Source of the DNA: an uncultured Lewinella sp.
GTDB taxonomy: Bacteria; Bacteroidota; Bacteroidia; Chitinophagales; Saprospiraceae
Direction: 5' to 3'
DNA: 41,539 nucleotides
Assembly (NCBI GenBank): GCA_938021455.1
Contig: CALIGP010000132.1
Coordinates: 1 to 41,539 of the forward strand
Both the position numbers and the translations under genes were made by a program. Position 1 is the first letter of the stretch; each line of letters starts with the position of its first letter. The notes beneath the pieces were generated by a model. It was not told where the DNA came from. It saw nothing but the letters and a program-made list of their open reading frames with translations, and ran no database searches. This document shows, one piece after another, positions 18,764-28,466 of the stretch.

Positions 18764-18957
18764 CCTACCGTGACCCTCTGTGGTTAGCTCCGTGTGCAAA
18801 CTCTCCCGCTGCGCAGCAGCCTTAATAATCTGTGTAAATCTGTGCCCTAATCCGCGTAAATCTGTGGTTAACCTCTAACTGCGCAGCAGCCCTCCGCGCA
18901 CCTCTGTGATTACCTCTGCGCACCTCCGTGGTTAACTTCTCCCGCTGCGCAGCAGCC
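18764..18957. repeat. Tandem array of three ~66-70-bp composite REP-like units
   Basis: CTGCGCAGCAGCC at 18809, 18879 and 18945, each preceded by (C/A)TCTGTG-type subrepeats; units 2 and 3 end in GTGGTTAA. Confidence 0.8.
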
Positions 18958-18969
18958 TTCCCCCAAACA

Positions 18970-19006
18970 ACAAGCCCCGACTTCCTAACGGAAAGCCGGG
19001 GCTTGT
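18970..19006. terminator. Intrinsic terminator between convergent genes
   Basis: ACAAGCCCCG...CGGGGCTTGT hairpin with A/T-rich flanks. Confidence 0.75.
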
Positions 19007-19029
19007 ATTAAAAACTAGCGATCTAATTC

Positions 19030-20910
19030 CTAGAAGCCAAGCTTGCGAAGCGTAGGCTGGTTCAGTCCGCCGATGGGCAGATCATTGTCCGCCTGGTACT
19101 TAGCCAGGGCCGTCTTCGTACGGGCACCCATGATACCATCGGCCGTGCCGACGCTGTATCCAAGGCTGTTGAGCTTACGCTGTACCTGACGGATAGTCGC
19201 ACCAGCAGCTTTGTTGGGGCAAAGAACCTCTACCCATTCGCTGAAGTTACCTTGTCCGGTCAGCACCTGCTTAGTGTAGCTCGTGCTACCGGCAGACGTG
19301 TTCTCGGAAGTCTTACAAAGACCGTCCAGTACGTCATAGCGGTAACCATCAGGGCAACCAGCCGTGTAGTAGTTGGCGGGCATTCCCTCCGGTGCATTTC
19401 CGGGGTTAGCGTTAACCGGCGCGTAGCCAGAAGGCGTGATGTTACCAGCACGGTCCGGGCCATCACCTAGGGTGTAAGGTAACACAGAACCGGGAAGCGT
19501 ACCACCAGCACCGGGGTTAATGGCGGTCGGGTAGTTACCTGCAGCAGGCTGCGTACCGCTGTCTCCACTGTAAGTAGTTGGCGTCATCAATACACCACCA
19601 GGAGCAATGTATTCTGCACCAGCCAGACCACGACGAACACGGCGGGTGATCGTCTTGTACTCAGCAGGAACCAACTCATAACGAGTGTAAGCCTCACGGG
19701 TTACTACCCGCTTAGTAATGGTTTCATAGCGAGCAGGTACTTCGCGCTCCACCACGCGGGCGGGAGAAACCAGACGCTGTACGGGTACTTCGCGGTAACG
19801 GGCTTCTTTCTGCTGCATGCTGATGTCGGGCGTGCCCACCAGGATCTGACGAGGGCCGTAGACGGCAGGCTCGTAAGAAAGACGGACACAGTATTCGTCA
19901 CCGCCCTGTTCCATAGAAGCAACGGTGTAACCCGTAGCACAGGCTTCGGCAACGCGCTTATTGATGGTCTGGAACTGCGCGGGTACTTCCTGAATACAGA
20001 AAGAAACACAGTCTCCGGTCTCACACTCAACGGGTAGCTGCTGGTAAGTAAGGTAAGCAGGAGAGGTTTGTACCTTCTCCGTCTCGGTGCGGAATGTCCG
20101 TGGAATGCGGTCCAGCTTTACGCGACTTTCCTGCGTGATGTACGGAGCGATGGTTCCTACCTGAACTTCCTGCAGCAGGCGGTTAGCTTCCCGCTGGGCA
20201 GCTTCTACTCCGTTGGCGCTGATGTAAGCGCTGCTGAAGGGGCTATTAGGGTTAGCAGGATCGAATAACTTAGCCGTCTCAGAGTTACTGTACAGGCTAG
20301 GCGTAGCGTTTAGCGGGCTGTTGGGGCTACCGATAAAACCATTCGGATTGTTGGGGTTGAACGGATCCGTACCGCCATTGAAACCACGGCGGGCGTTGGG
20401 GTCCAGTACGTTACCGTAGTCCGTAGATACAACACCAGGCTTGGTGCCGTCACCCGTACCGTAGTACAGGTTAGCGTTCGTTACGGTGGTGTAGGAAGGT
20501 TGGCTAACCTGATAGGAAGTTGCACCTTCTTCAACGAGGACGCGCTCCGTACCAGTTTCAAACTTAGCCGCTTCGACTACCATCTCTTTATAGGCAGGGG
20601 CAACCATGACGCGTTCTTCGGCGGTGCCGTATTCCGCAGCAACTTCTACCAGACGGTAGCCAGCTGCTTTAACCATAACCCGTTCCGTATAGGTCTCATA
20701 CTGAGGCTCTGTCACCACGAGGTGGCTACCGGCCCCGTAGGTTTGTACATCTTCGGTTACGGTTTCAAATTTTGCCGGAATGTAGCAAACGGCGTAGCAC
20801 TTGCCGGGCTCCTCAGGAGGATTGCCAGAAGGCAGTGGCAGTGCATTTTGTGCAAAAATAAGGGAGGAAGCGAGCGCCAGTACCAGCGTCGCCAAGAAAT
20901 GCTTGGTCAT
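19030..20910 (-). CDS. Secreted repeat protein with C-terminal peptidoglycan-binding domain
   Basis: Signal peptide from ATG 20910; GKCYAVC head; many PA.Y.T.T..V repeats; C-terminal VQRKLNSLGY...ADGIMGARTKTALAKYQ (PG_binding_1). Confidence 0.85.
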   Translation of the reverse strand: MTKHFLATLVLALASSLIFAQNALPLPSGNPPEEPGKCYAVCYIPAKFETVTEDVQTYGAGSHLVVTEPQYETYTERVMVKAAGYRLVEVAAEYGTAEERVMVAPAYKEMVVEAAKFETGTERVLVEEGATSYQVSQPSYTTVTNANLYYGTGDGTKPGVVSTDYGNVLDPNARRGFNGGTDPFNPNNPNGFIGSPNSPLNATPSLYSNSETAKLFDPANPNSPFSSAYISANGVEAAQREANRLLQEVQVGTIAPYITQESRVKLDRIPRTFRTETEKVQTSPAYLTYQQLPVECETGDCVSFCIQEVPAQFQTINKRVAEACATGYTVASMEQGGDEYCVRLSYEPAVYGPRQILVGTPDISMQQKEARYREVPVQRLVSPARVVEREVPARYETITKRVVTREAYTRYELVPAEYKTITRRVRRGLAGAEYIAPGGVLMTPTTYSGDSGTQPAAGNYPTAINPGAGGTLPGSVLPYTLGDGPDRAGNITPSGYAPVNANPGNAPEGMPANYYTAGCPDGYRYDVLDGLCKTSENTSAGSTSYTKQVLTGQGNFSEWVEVLCPNKAAGATIRQVQRKLNSLGYSVGTADGIMGARTKTALAKYQADNDLPIGGLNQPTLRKLGF

Positions 20911-21169
20911 TTTAATGGATGTTTCTGAAAGGAAGTAGAAAAACACAGTGTGGCACTATGGCCACGCAATCACGGACGCGAAGATAAACCATTCGCCTTA
21001 GAATTACTTCCGGAAACTAACTTAATTAAACCCGGTTTTCCACAATGTACCAGTAAACAGAGCCTTACAGGTATGGATTTTAGCTCTAGGAGCGTCAAAA
21101 GACAATCTCACAGCTCTAATCAATCCAATCGCTAATGATCGCTACAAATCATACAATCCGTGCCAAACC

Positions 21170-21232
21170 GGCAACCCACAACCTGCAACTTGCAACCTGC
21201 AACCTGCAACCTGCAACCCACAACTTGCAACC
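21170..21232. repeat. Heptamer tandem repeat (TGCAACC) x9
   Basis: Nine units including variants CACAACC and TGCAACT, just past the DUF4294 stop. Confidence 0.9.
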
Positions 21233-21235
21233 TAC

Positions 21236-21865
21236 CTATCGCTTCACATCACTACTATCCTGCACTGCTTCGGGTAGCTCATAGCTCACATTGAAATCAT
21301 CCAGAACGGCATCCAGAATCCAATCGTCTCCAACGGTGTATTTGTGCTTCAGCTTATGACCGTAAAAACCGGCCATCGTGGCCCAATAGCGGGCGGTTAG
21401 GCCGCCGCGGAGTTCCTTAATCAGGTCGTAGATCGGCACATCCAGTTCGCGTTCGATCATGGCAATAAGAACCTTGCCCTGTGTTTTGGACATCTTCTTC
21501 AACGGAGCTTCAAACTTCTCTTCCAGCTCCTTCTGCAGGTTCTTATTATAGCGCTTCCGTTCGCGGCGGTTCATGTTTTGGGTCATGTATTCCGTCTCGC
21601 GAAAAATGCGGATGGCATCAACAGCATAAGGGTAAGCCCGTTGGGCGTAAATCCGGTAACGGCGATACTGTTTGAAGTCTTCTTCGTTCTCGAATACCTC
21701 GGGAGAACTTATGGAAACATTCTCCAACTGGGCTACAATCAGCGTGTCCCCGCAGTCATCAACGACATAGGGGTAATACTTGCCGTCTACCTTCGTGTAG
21801 CCATTTTGGGCGCTGACGCAGGTGCAGAGTAAGGAAAAAAGAAGCAAGGTGAAAAGGCTACGCAT
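21236..21865 (-). CDS. DUF4294 family protein
   Basis: Signal peptide; RAYPYA, LKKMSKTQGKVLIAMIERE, W...A.FYG..LK; signal peptide contains motif copy 4 (21808-21826). Confidence 0.85.
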   Translation of the reverse strand: MRSLFTLLLFSLLCTCVSAQNGYTKVDGKYYPYVVDDCGDTLIVAQLENVSISSPEVFENEEDFKQYRRYRIYAQRAYPYAVDAIRIFRETEYMTQNMNRRERKRYNKNLQKELEEKFEAPLKKMSKTQGKVLIAMIERELDVPIYDLIKELRGGLTARYWATMAGFYGHKLKHKYTVGDDWILDAVLDDFNVSYELPEAVQDSSDVKR

Positions 21866-21979
21866 AGTATTGTAAGCTTACTATAAAGGTAAATGCTTTT
21901 GTTGGGTCCTTAGGTGTAAAAGAGGATGTTAAAGTTGAGGGATGTATGTACGCCGACGCTGCTGTTGCACGGGGAAGAC

Positions 21980-23089
21980 CTATTCAAACAAGCCTCTTTT
22001 TTTCAATTCTGTCAGGTATTCCTGCACCGCTAAAAGCATTTCTTTCTCTTGAAGGCTTTTGCCAGAACGGATGGTGATGCTCTTGCCCCGGGTAAATCCT
22101 TTTTGCCGGGCTACGTCGTAAAGGCACATGCGGAGGTACCCTTTGTCTCCCGTTACCTGGCGAATGTCACAGAGGAATAAATGCTTCGTTCGGGAGGATT
22201 TTAGCCGGGCATCTCCACCAATACTTCGAAGGACAATTTTCTCCCGCATATCCGATAAATGAAAAGCCTTCGTTAGCACTTCCATACTAACCTCCCGCTG
22301 GACGCGAGCACGGATAAAGGACCCCAGACTTCTGGTGAGCTGTTCGTTGTAGGCCGTAGGCGCTTTTTCATTGAAATAAACGGCTACGGCCATGGGGACA
22401 TAATCACCCTCCGTCATTAGGGGAGCGTTGGTCTTCAGGGCATCCAGGATCCTGGGGTTTCTGAGAATGTTTGGATCAATTTTCAAGTCTTTAGCCCGGC
22501 TGATATCCTCCAGTTTCAGATCCGTAGCGGGGCGTAGGGTAGGGCGTTCCGTTGAAGAGGGTGGGGCATCATTTGAAGCCGGAGGTGATTCCGGAGTACT
22601 GGAAGAAGGGGGAGCTTGTCGGTCGTCCGCTGTTTCCAGGGTTGGGCGCGTATTGGTCGAGAGTTCGGATGGCTCGGGCTCGGGTTGCATGGCCCACCAA
22701 CCCAAAGCCAGTAGGGCAATTAAACCCAACGCTCCTAGTAGGTAGCTCATCGGAATTCCTTTGCTCTTAACAACCTCCTTTGCACCTGCGTTGGCGCCCG
22801 CCTCTCTTTCCGTATACGTCACCTTTACCTCCCGTTGCCGCACGGTTCCTTTCGGGTCCTCCGCCCGGTTGAGCAAGGTAATCAGGTCGTCAACGATCTG
22901 ATTCTCCTCGATGCGTAGCAGGCGCTCTTCCTCCAGGTTACTCATGGCCCGGTCTTCATAAATCCGCCAACGCCGGTGCAGCGTCAGTAATTTACCTTTC
23001 AACTCCGCTGAAAGGGTAAGCTTATCCATAGCATCGAGTGCTTCAGGAATTTCATTTTCCCGGATGTGTTCGCGTATTTGCTCGTACAT
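21980..23089 (-). CDS. Single-pass membrane protein with N-terminal EAD11-like helical domain
   Basis: IREHIRENEIPEAL...LLTLHRRW...ENQIVDDLITLL pattern; TM at about aa 115-133; Pro/Ser linker; contains motif copy 5 (22781-22799). Confidence 0.6.
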   Translation of the reverse strand: MYEQIREHIRENEIPEALDAMDKLTLSAELKGKLLTLHRRWRIYEDRAMSNLEEERLLRIEENQIVDDLITLLNRAEDPKGTVRQREVKVTYTEREAGANAGAKEVVKSKGIPMSYLLGALGLIALLALGWWAMQPEPEPSELSTNTRPTLETADDRQAPPSSSTPESPPASNDAPPSSTERPTLRPATDLKLEDISRAKDLKIDPNILRNPRILDALKTNAPLMTEGDYVPMAVAVYFNEKAPTAYNEQLTRSLGSFIRARVQREVSMEVLTKAFHLSDMREKIVLRSIGGDARLKSSRTKHLFLCDIRQVTGDKGYLRMCLYDVARQKGFTRGKSITIRSGKSLQEKEMLLAVQEYLTELKKRGLFE

Positions 23090-23368
23090 GGCTGAAAGTT
23101 ACGGAAATCATTTTATCACCCGCTTAATGCTCTTTGATTCAGCTTTGTGACGGAGACGGGGAAGAAAAATTTAAACAACCTCCTTTTGAACTCCTGTATG
23201 GGTGTCAACGGAATCAGCTTTCGGCTCAATGAAGGCAGTTTTTATCTGTCCGGCTCCTTGTCGGTAACCCGTCGGAAAGGGGATTTAACCGTCATTCCCT
23301 ATCTCAAAACGCTATCTTTGAGCTTTGTTTAGCCTGACTAAGCCAGTGCAAATAGTAAGCCCAACATC

Positions 23369-24562
23369 ATGCAAAAGTTACCCGCTTATTTCCTCTTCTT
23401 TCTTTGCCTATCCTTGTATTGTTGTTCGTCTGATGACGATGGCATGGGGCAAGCTGATCTCCCGGACTTATTGGTCACCGATGCCTCCGTTGTGGAAGGA
23501 GATAACGGAAGCACAGCCGTAGAAATCGCCGTTACTTTCAGCTCCGTAGCGGCTTCGGGGAGTAGTTTTCGCTTCGCTACCCGGAATGGAACAGCCATTG
23601 CAGGAGAAGATTTTGCCATAGCGGATGGCGGAACGGTCTCCGTTCCTGCCAGCGGCCGGCTAGATCTGGTATTTCAGGTTCTTGGCGACCTGAACCGGGA
23701 GGAAGACGAAACCTTTGAAGTCGTCTTTTCTAACGGTAACGGGGTAAAGACTGATGGCGTGGTTAGTACCATCACCATCACCAATGACGATGAGCGGGAT
23801 AATCCCTTCAGTATTCCAGAAGAAGGTGCAGATTCACCTACGGAGTACCCAGGTTATACGCTCGCCTGGGCCGACGAATTTGATGACCCCAGCAACTTTA
23901 ACCGCAACTTTGTGCAAGAGCTCGGTAGCCTCTACAATGGCTGGGGCAATAACGAATTACAGTTTTACCGGGCTGAAAATACGACCATCGGTGATGGGCA
24001 CATGATCATCGAGGCCCGGCGCGAAAGCGCGGGCGGGCTCAACTACACCAGCTCTCGGGTGATTTCTAAGGGCAAAAAGTCCTTTACCTACGGCCGCATT
24101 GATGTGCGTGCCGCGCTGCCGGCCGGGCAGGGCATCTGGCCCGCTATCTGGATGCTGGGTACGAATATCGATCAGGTGAGCTGGCCTAAATGCGGAGAGA
24201 TTGACATTATGGAAATGCTGGGCCACGAAACCAAAACATTGCACGGGACGGTACACTACGCAAATGCGAGCGGTGCACATCAGTTTAACGGTAATGAAGT
24301 TGAGGTGGAAGAAGGACTCAATGGCCGCTTCAACGTCTTTACGGTCATCTGGACAGAAGACTACCTCGAATGGCGAATCAACAACGAAGCTTACCACCGC
24401 GTAGAACGAAGTACCCTGGGCGAAAACTGGGTTTTCGATGCGCCTCAATACCTGCTCTTCAACGTGGCCGTTGGGGGCAACTGGCCGGGTAATCCGGATG
24501 CAACGACCACCTTCCCACAGCGAATGTTTGTGGACTATGTGCGAGTGTTCGAGGCGGAGTAG
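23369..24562 (+). CDS. GH16 beta-1,3-glucanase (laminarinase-like) lipoprotein with Calx-beta domain
   Basis: Lipoprotein Cys; Calx-beta (VVEGD...TAIAGEDF...DETF); WPAIWMLG, GEIDIME; TATCTTTG box at 23313. Confidence 0.92.
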   Translation: MQKLPAYFLFFLCLSLYCCSSDDDGMGQADLPDLLVTDASVVEGDNGSTAVEIAVTFSSVAASGSSFRFATRNGTAIAGEDFAIADGGTVSVPASGRLDLVFQVLGDLNREEDETFEVVFSNGNGVKTDGVVSTITITNDDERDNPFSIPEEGADSPTEYPGYTLAWADEFDDPSNFNRNFVQELGSLYNGWGNNELQFYRAENTTIGDGHMIIEARRESAGGLNYTSSRVISKGKKSFTYGRIDVRAALPAGQGIWPAIWMLGTNIDQVSWPKCGEIDIMEMLGHETKTLHGTVHYANASGAHQFNGNEVEVEEGLNGRFNVFTVIWTEDYLEWRINNEAYHRVERSTLGENWVFDAPQYLLFNVAVGGNWPGNPDATTTFPQRMFVDYVRVFEAE

Positions 24563-24592
24563 GAAATGATTGCCCTTAGCGGTTAAACTGTA

Positions 24593-25504
24593 CTAGTAAA
24601 TACTTTCCGCTACCTCCGAAGTAAACGCCTCCAGGTAAGCCATCCCGTAGAAAGAGTTCCCCTTTGGGTTCAGGGGCGGACTCCAGACAGCTACGCAGTA
24701 GTCACCGGGGTGCAAGGCAACGATACCACCGCCTACACCACTTTTGCCCGGTAAACCGACGCGAAAGGCAAACTCTCCGGCTTCATCGTAGAGGCCGCAT
24801 AGCTGCATGATGGCATTCAGGCGTTTGGTCATGGTGGAGGATACAATACGCTTGCCCGTGCAGGGGCTCATTCCCTGATTGGCCAGGAAGAGAAAGCTCT
24901 CCGCTAACTGACGGCAATTCATTTCCAACGAACAAAGCGTACAATAGAAGTCGAGCAGCCGCTCCGTATCGTTATTGATGTTTCCGAAGGAGCGGATGAA
25001 CTCGATCAGGGCACGATTACGTGCACTGGTTTCACGCTCCGAAGCGGCAACTTTTTCATTAAAGCCAATGGTCTCGTCTCCGGTTAGAGAATGAACAAAG
25101 GCCAGCAGGTCTTTTTTAGGATCCGCCAGGTAATCCAACAGGATGTCGCAGACGACCAGCGCGCCGGAGTTATTCATCGGGTTTCGGGGGATACCCTTAT
25201 CCGCTTCTAATTGAACGAGAGAGTTGAATGGCGTACCTGAGGGCTCCACGTCCACGCGTTCCCATAATTTGCCCTCCTCCCGTTGGTAGGCCATCGTGAG
25301 GGTTAACATCTTAGCGATGGACTGAATACTGAAGCACTCTTCAGAGTCACCGTAAGCGAAGGCACGTTGATCACAGGTTACGGCGTGAACGCCAAATTTG
25401 CTGGGATCTACTTTGGCCAGCTCCGGAATGTAGGTGGCGACCTTGCCCGTGTTTTCGGCGGGGAGTTGCTGGTAGAGTTTGGCGAGGAGGGCGGTTACGT
25501 CCAT
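24593..25504 (-). CDS. glsA: Glutaminase
   Basis: GKVATYIPELA, FSIQSIAK, EPSG.PFNS, GLPGKSGVGGG, WSPPLN..GNS. Confidence 0.95.
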   Translation of the reverse strand: MDVTALLAKLYQQLPAENTGKVATYIPELAKVDPSKFGVHAVTCDQRAFAYGDSEECFSIQSIAKMLTLTMAYQREEGKLWERVDVEPSGTPFNSLVQLEADKGIPRNPMNNSGALVVCDILLDYLADPKKDLLAFVHSLTGDETIGFNEKVAASERETSARNRALIEFIRSFGNINNDTERLLDFYCTLCSLEMNCRQLAESFLFLANQGMSPCTGKRIVSSTMTKRLNAIMQLCGLYDEAGEFAFRVGLPGKSGVGGGIVALHPGDYCVAVWSPPLNPKGNSFYGMAYLEAFTSEVAESIY

Positions 25505-25537
25505 GGGGGAGTAAAGGTTAGCATAGATAATATGAAA

Positions 25538-25626
25538 ATGATCTAATCATTTGATTAGATCATGATGTTTTATTGAAGTAAAAGTGTGTCAATTTTCGTG
25601 TTTTTAGATCAAATGATTAGATCATG
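25538..25626. promoter_or_regulatory. Palindromic operator-like sites upstream of the fic gene
   Basis: ATGATCTAATCA-TT-TGATTAGATCAT (perfect 12-bp arms); TGATTAGATCATG repeated over the start codon. Confidence 0.65.
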
Positions 25627-26589
25627 GCGTATAAACCACCTTATGAAGTTACTTCTCAGATGTTTACTCTTGTCAAAGAGATTATTCGCTTGGTAGGACA
25701 ACTGGAAGGCTATCAACTACTTGTTGGTAATGTTAAGCTTCGTCGCAAGAATAAGATAAAATCTATTGTGTCGAGTTTAGCGATAGAAGGAAACTCACTA
25801 ACGGAGGAACAGGTAACGGCCATTCTGGAAGGGAAACGGGTGATGGGCCCCAGACAGGATGTAAAAGAAGTTGAAAACGCCATCCAGGTCTACGATAGGC
25901 TGGAAGCCATTGATCCTTACTCTGAAGACGAGTTGTTAGGCATTCATAAAATTATGATGTCAGGGCTAATTACGGATGCAGGTAGGTACCGGCAAAGTGG
26001 CGTTGGTGTGGTAGATGGCACTAAAGTCATCCATATTACTCCTCCAGCGAAAAGGGTTCCCAACTTAATGGGCGACCTCTTCGATTATCTTGAGAACTAT
26101 GAGGAAGACATCATTATTAAAAGCTGTGTTTTTCACTTTGAATTTGAGTACATCCATCCTTTTAGTGATGGCAACGGGAGAATGGGCCGGCTATGGCAAA
26201 CAGCCATTTTGAAGTCTGAGTATCCTGACCTGGCTTTTGTACCCATCGAGAGTATTGTTCACGAAAGGCAGCAAGGGTACTACGACGCTTTACAAGTCAG
26301 CCAGCATGCGGGGGATTCTAATACGTTTATTGTCTACGCATTAGAGTCGATTAAGCTGGCACTTTCTGAACAGTTAGATAATGCATTGTCAGTCCCCCGT
26401 GATGTAGATAGTAGGCTCTTAGCCTTTAAGGGACAGGTTGGAAATAGGCCTTTCAGTAGAAAAGAATATTTACGCTACCATAAAACCATTTCGCCTGCTA
26501 CGGCTACTCGTGATCTCAAAACGGGAATAGATCAAAGCCTGCTTGAACGCTCCGGGACATCTAGCGCAACCAGGTATCAGTTTGTATAA
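25624..26589 (+). CDS. Fic family protein (class II-like) with C-terminal HTH-like region
   Basis: HPFSDGNGRMGR; N-terminal SLAIEGN inhibitory motif; ISPATATRDL...G...TRY winged-helix-like tail; visibly AT-richer than its neighbours. Confidence 0.92.
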   Translation: MAYKPPYEVTSQMFTLVKEIIRLVGQLEGYQLLVGNVKLRRKNKIKSIVSSLAIEGNSLTEEQVTAILEGKRVMGPRQDVKEVENAIQVYDRLEAIDPYSEDELLGIHKIMMSGLITDAGRYRQSGVGVVDGTKVIHITPPAKRVPNLMGDLFDYLENYEEDIIIKSCVFHFEFEYIHPFSDGNGRMGRLWQTAILKSEYPDLAFVPIESIVHERQQGYYDALQVSQHAGDSNTFIVYALESIKLALSEQLDNALSVPRDVDSRLLAFKGQVGNRPFSRKEYLRYHKTISPATATRDLKTGIDQSLLERSGTSSATRYQFV

Positions 26590-26602
26590 GCGTGCTTATA
26601 CC

Positions 26603-28360
26603 CTACACCGTCACCCGCAAATTCAACTCCTTACACTGCGCCTCATCAATACTCGCCGGCGCATCGATCATCACATCACGGCCCTGGTTGTTTTTTGGGA
26701 AGGCGATGAAGTCGCGGATAGAAGACTGGCCGTTCATCACCGCACAGAGACGATCAAAACCGAAGGCGATACCTGCGTGGGGTGGGGCACCGTATTCGAA
26801 GGCACCCATCAGGAAGCCGAACTGTTCTTCGGCCTCTTCCTCGGTGAAGCCGAGGAGCTTGAAGTTGCGTTCCTGCAGCGCCCGGTCGAAGATCCGCACG
26901 GAACCGCCGCCGATCTCGGCGCCGTTGATGACGAGGTCATAAGCGTCGGCCTTGAGGCTCTTCATCGTTTCGTGGTCGCCATTGAGCATCCGTTCCACCT
27001 CTTCTTGCTTGGGGCTGGTGAAGGGGTGGTGCATGGCGTGGAAGCGCTCTGATTCCTCGTCCCATTCCAGCAGCGGGAAGTCAACGACCCAGAGAGGAGC
27101 AAAGGCTCCCTCGGGGATCATATCGTATTCTTTGGCGGCGTGGAGGCGGAGGTTGCCGATCTGTCCACGGCTCTTCTCGTCTTCGCCGGAGATGACGAGC
27201 AGCAGGTCACCGGGCTTCGCGTCACACTTGGCGGCCCAGGCGGCGAGGGCTTCCTGATCGAAGAACTTGTCTACGCTCGATTTGAAGCTGCCGTCTGCAT
27301 TGCACTTCACGTACACGAGGCCTTTGGCGCCGATCTGCGGGCGCTTGACCCAGTTGGTTAGGGCGTCAAGATTCTTGCGGGTGAGGTCGGCTTTGCCGGG
27401 CACACAGATGCCAACGACCAGTTCGGCGTTGTCAAAGACGCCAAAGCCTTTGTTCTGGGCTACGTCATTGAGTTCTACCAGCGGCATGCCGAAGCGGAGG
27501 TCAGGCTTGTCCGAGCCGTAGAGACGCATGGCGTCATCGTACTGCATTCGGGGGAATTCTGGCAGAGCGATACCCTTCATCTCCTGGAAGAGGTGGCGGG
27601 TGAGTCCTTCGAAAGTATTCAGTACGTCCTCCTGGGTAACGAAGGCCATCTCGCAGTCAATCTGCGTGAACTCGGGCTGGCGGTCAGCGCGGAGGTCTTC
27701 GTCACGGAAGCACTTAACGATCTGGAAGTAGCGGTCGAAGCCAGCTACCATCAGCAATTGCTTAAAGGTTTGTGGGCTCTGCGGCAGGGCGTAGAACTGC
27801 CCTTCGTTGAGGCGGCTGGGCACGACGAAGTCGCGCGCACCTTCGGGGGTAGACTTAATCAGGAAAGGCGTTTCCACTTCCACGAAGTCATTTCCGCCGA
27901 GGTAAGCCCGCACGGCCAGGGCCAGCTTGCTACGAAAGATGATATTCTCCTGTAGCGGACCACGACGTAGGTCGAGGTAGCGGTACTGCATGCGCAGGTC
28001 GTCTCCGCCGTCGCTGTCGTCTTCGATGGTGAAGGGCGGTGTTTTAGCACCGTTGAGTACCGTGAGCTCTGTGGCCAGAATCTCTACGTCACCCGTTGCC
28101 CGGTTGGGATTCTTGTTGGTGCGCTCGCGGACGGCACCTTTAACCTGAATTACGAATTCACGGCCGAGTTTCTTGGCCTGTTCGGCCAGCTCTGCATTAT
28201 CATCCTGATCAAAAACAACCTGGGTGATGCCGTAGCGGTCACGAAGATCAACGAAGGTCAGGCCACCGAAGCCACGGCCAATCTGTACCCATCCACTGAG
28301 GGTTACTTCTTTACCGGCGTCGGAGAGGCGGAGTTCACCGCAATTATGAGAGCGAAACAT
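26603..28360 (-). CDS. aspS: Aspartate--tRNA ligase
   Basis: [59 protein letters not shown]; -7 box at 28382-28389. Confidence 0.99.
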   Translation of the reverse strand: MFRSHNCGELRLSDAGKEVTLSGWVQIGRGFGGLTFVDLRDRYGITQVVFDQDDNAELAEQAKKLGREFVIQVKGAVRERTNKNPNRATGDVEILATELTVLNGAKTPPFTIEDDSDGGDDLRMQYRYLDLRRGPLQENIIFRSKLALAVRAYLGGNDFVEVETPFLIKSTPEGARDFVVPSRLNEGQFYALPQSPQTFKQLLMVAGFDRYFQIVKCFRDEDLRADRQPEFTQIDCEMAFVTQEDVLNTFEGLTRHLFQEMKGIALPEFPRMQYDDAMRLYGSDKPDLRFGMPLVELNDVAQNKGFGVFDNAELVVGICVPGKADLTRKNLDALTNWVKRPQIGAKGLVYVKCNADGSFKSSVDKFFDQEALAAWAAKCDAKPGDLLLVISGEDEKSRGQIGNLRLHAAKEYDMIPEGAFAPLWVVDFPLLEWDEESERFHAMHHPFTSPKQEEVERMLNGDHETMKSLKADAYDLVINGAEIGGGSVRIFDRALQERNFKLLGFTEEEAEEQFGFLMGAFEYGAPPHAGIAFGFDRLCAVMNGQSSIRDFIAFPKNNQGRDVMIDAPASIDEAQCKELNLRVTV

Positions 28361-28438
28361 GGACTATAATTTTTAGCAGCGCAAAAGTAAACAGCTTTGG
28401 GGGGATAATGGTGGGTTTAGAGAGAAAGGTTTCACTTA

Positions 28439-28457
28439 GGGCGCGGACGCAGGTGCA
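28439..28457 (-). repeat. TGCACCTGCG motif, copy 6 (consensus)
   Basis: Reverse complement TGCACCTGCG TCC GCGCCC. Confidence 0.9.
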
Positions 28458-28466
28458 ATGAAGGCT

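Noticed and set aside
18764-18957. Possible mini-CRISPR
   Set aside because: Anchor only 13-19 bp, spacers repetitive and related to each other, no cas genes or leader
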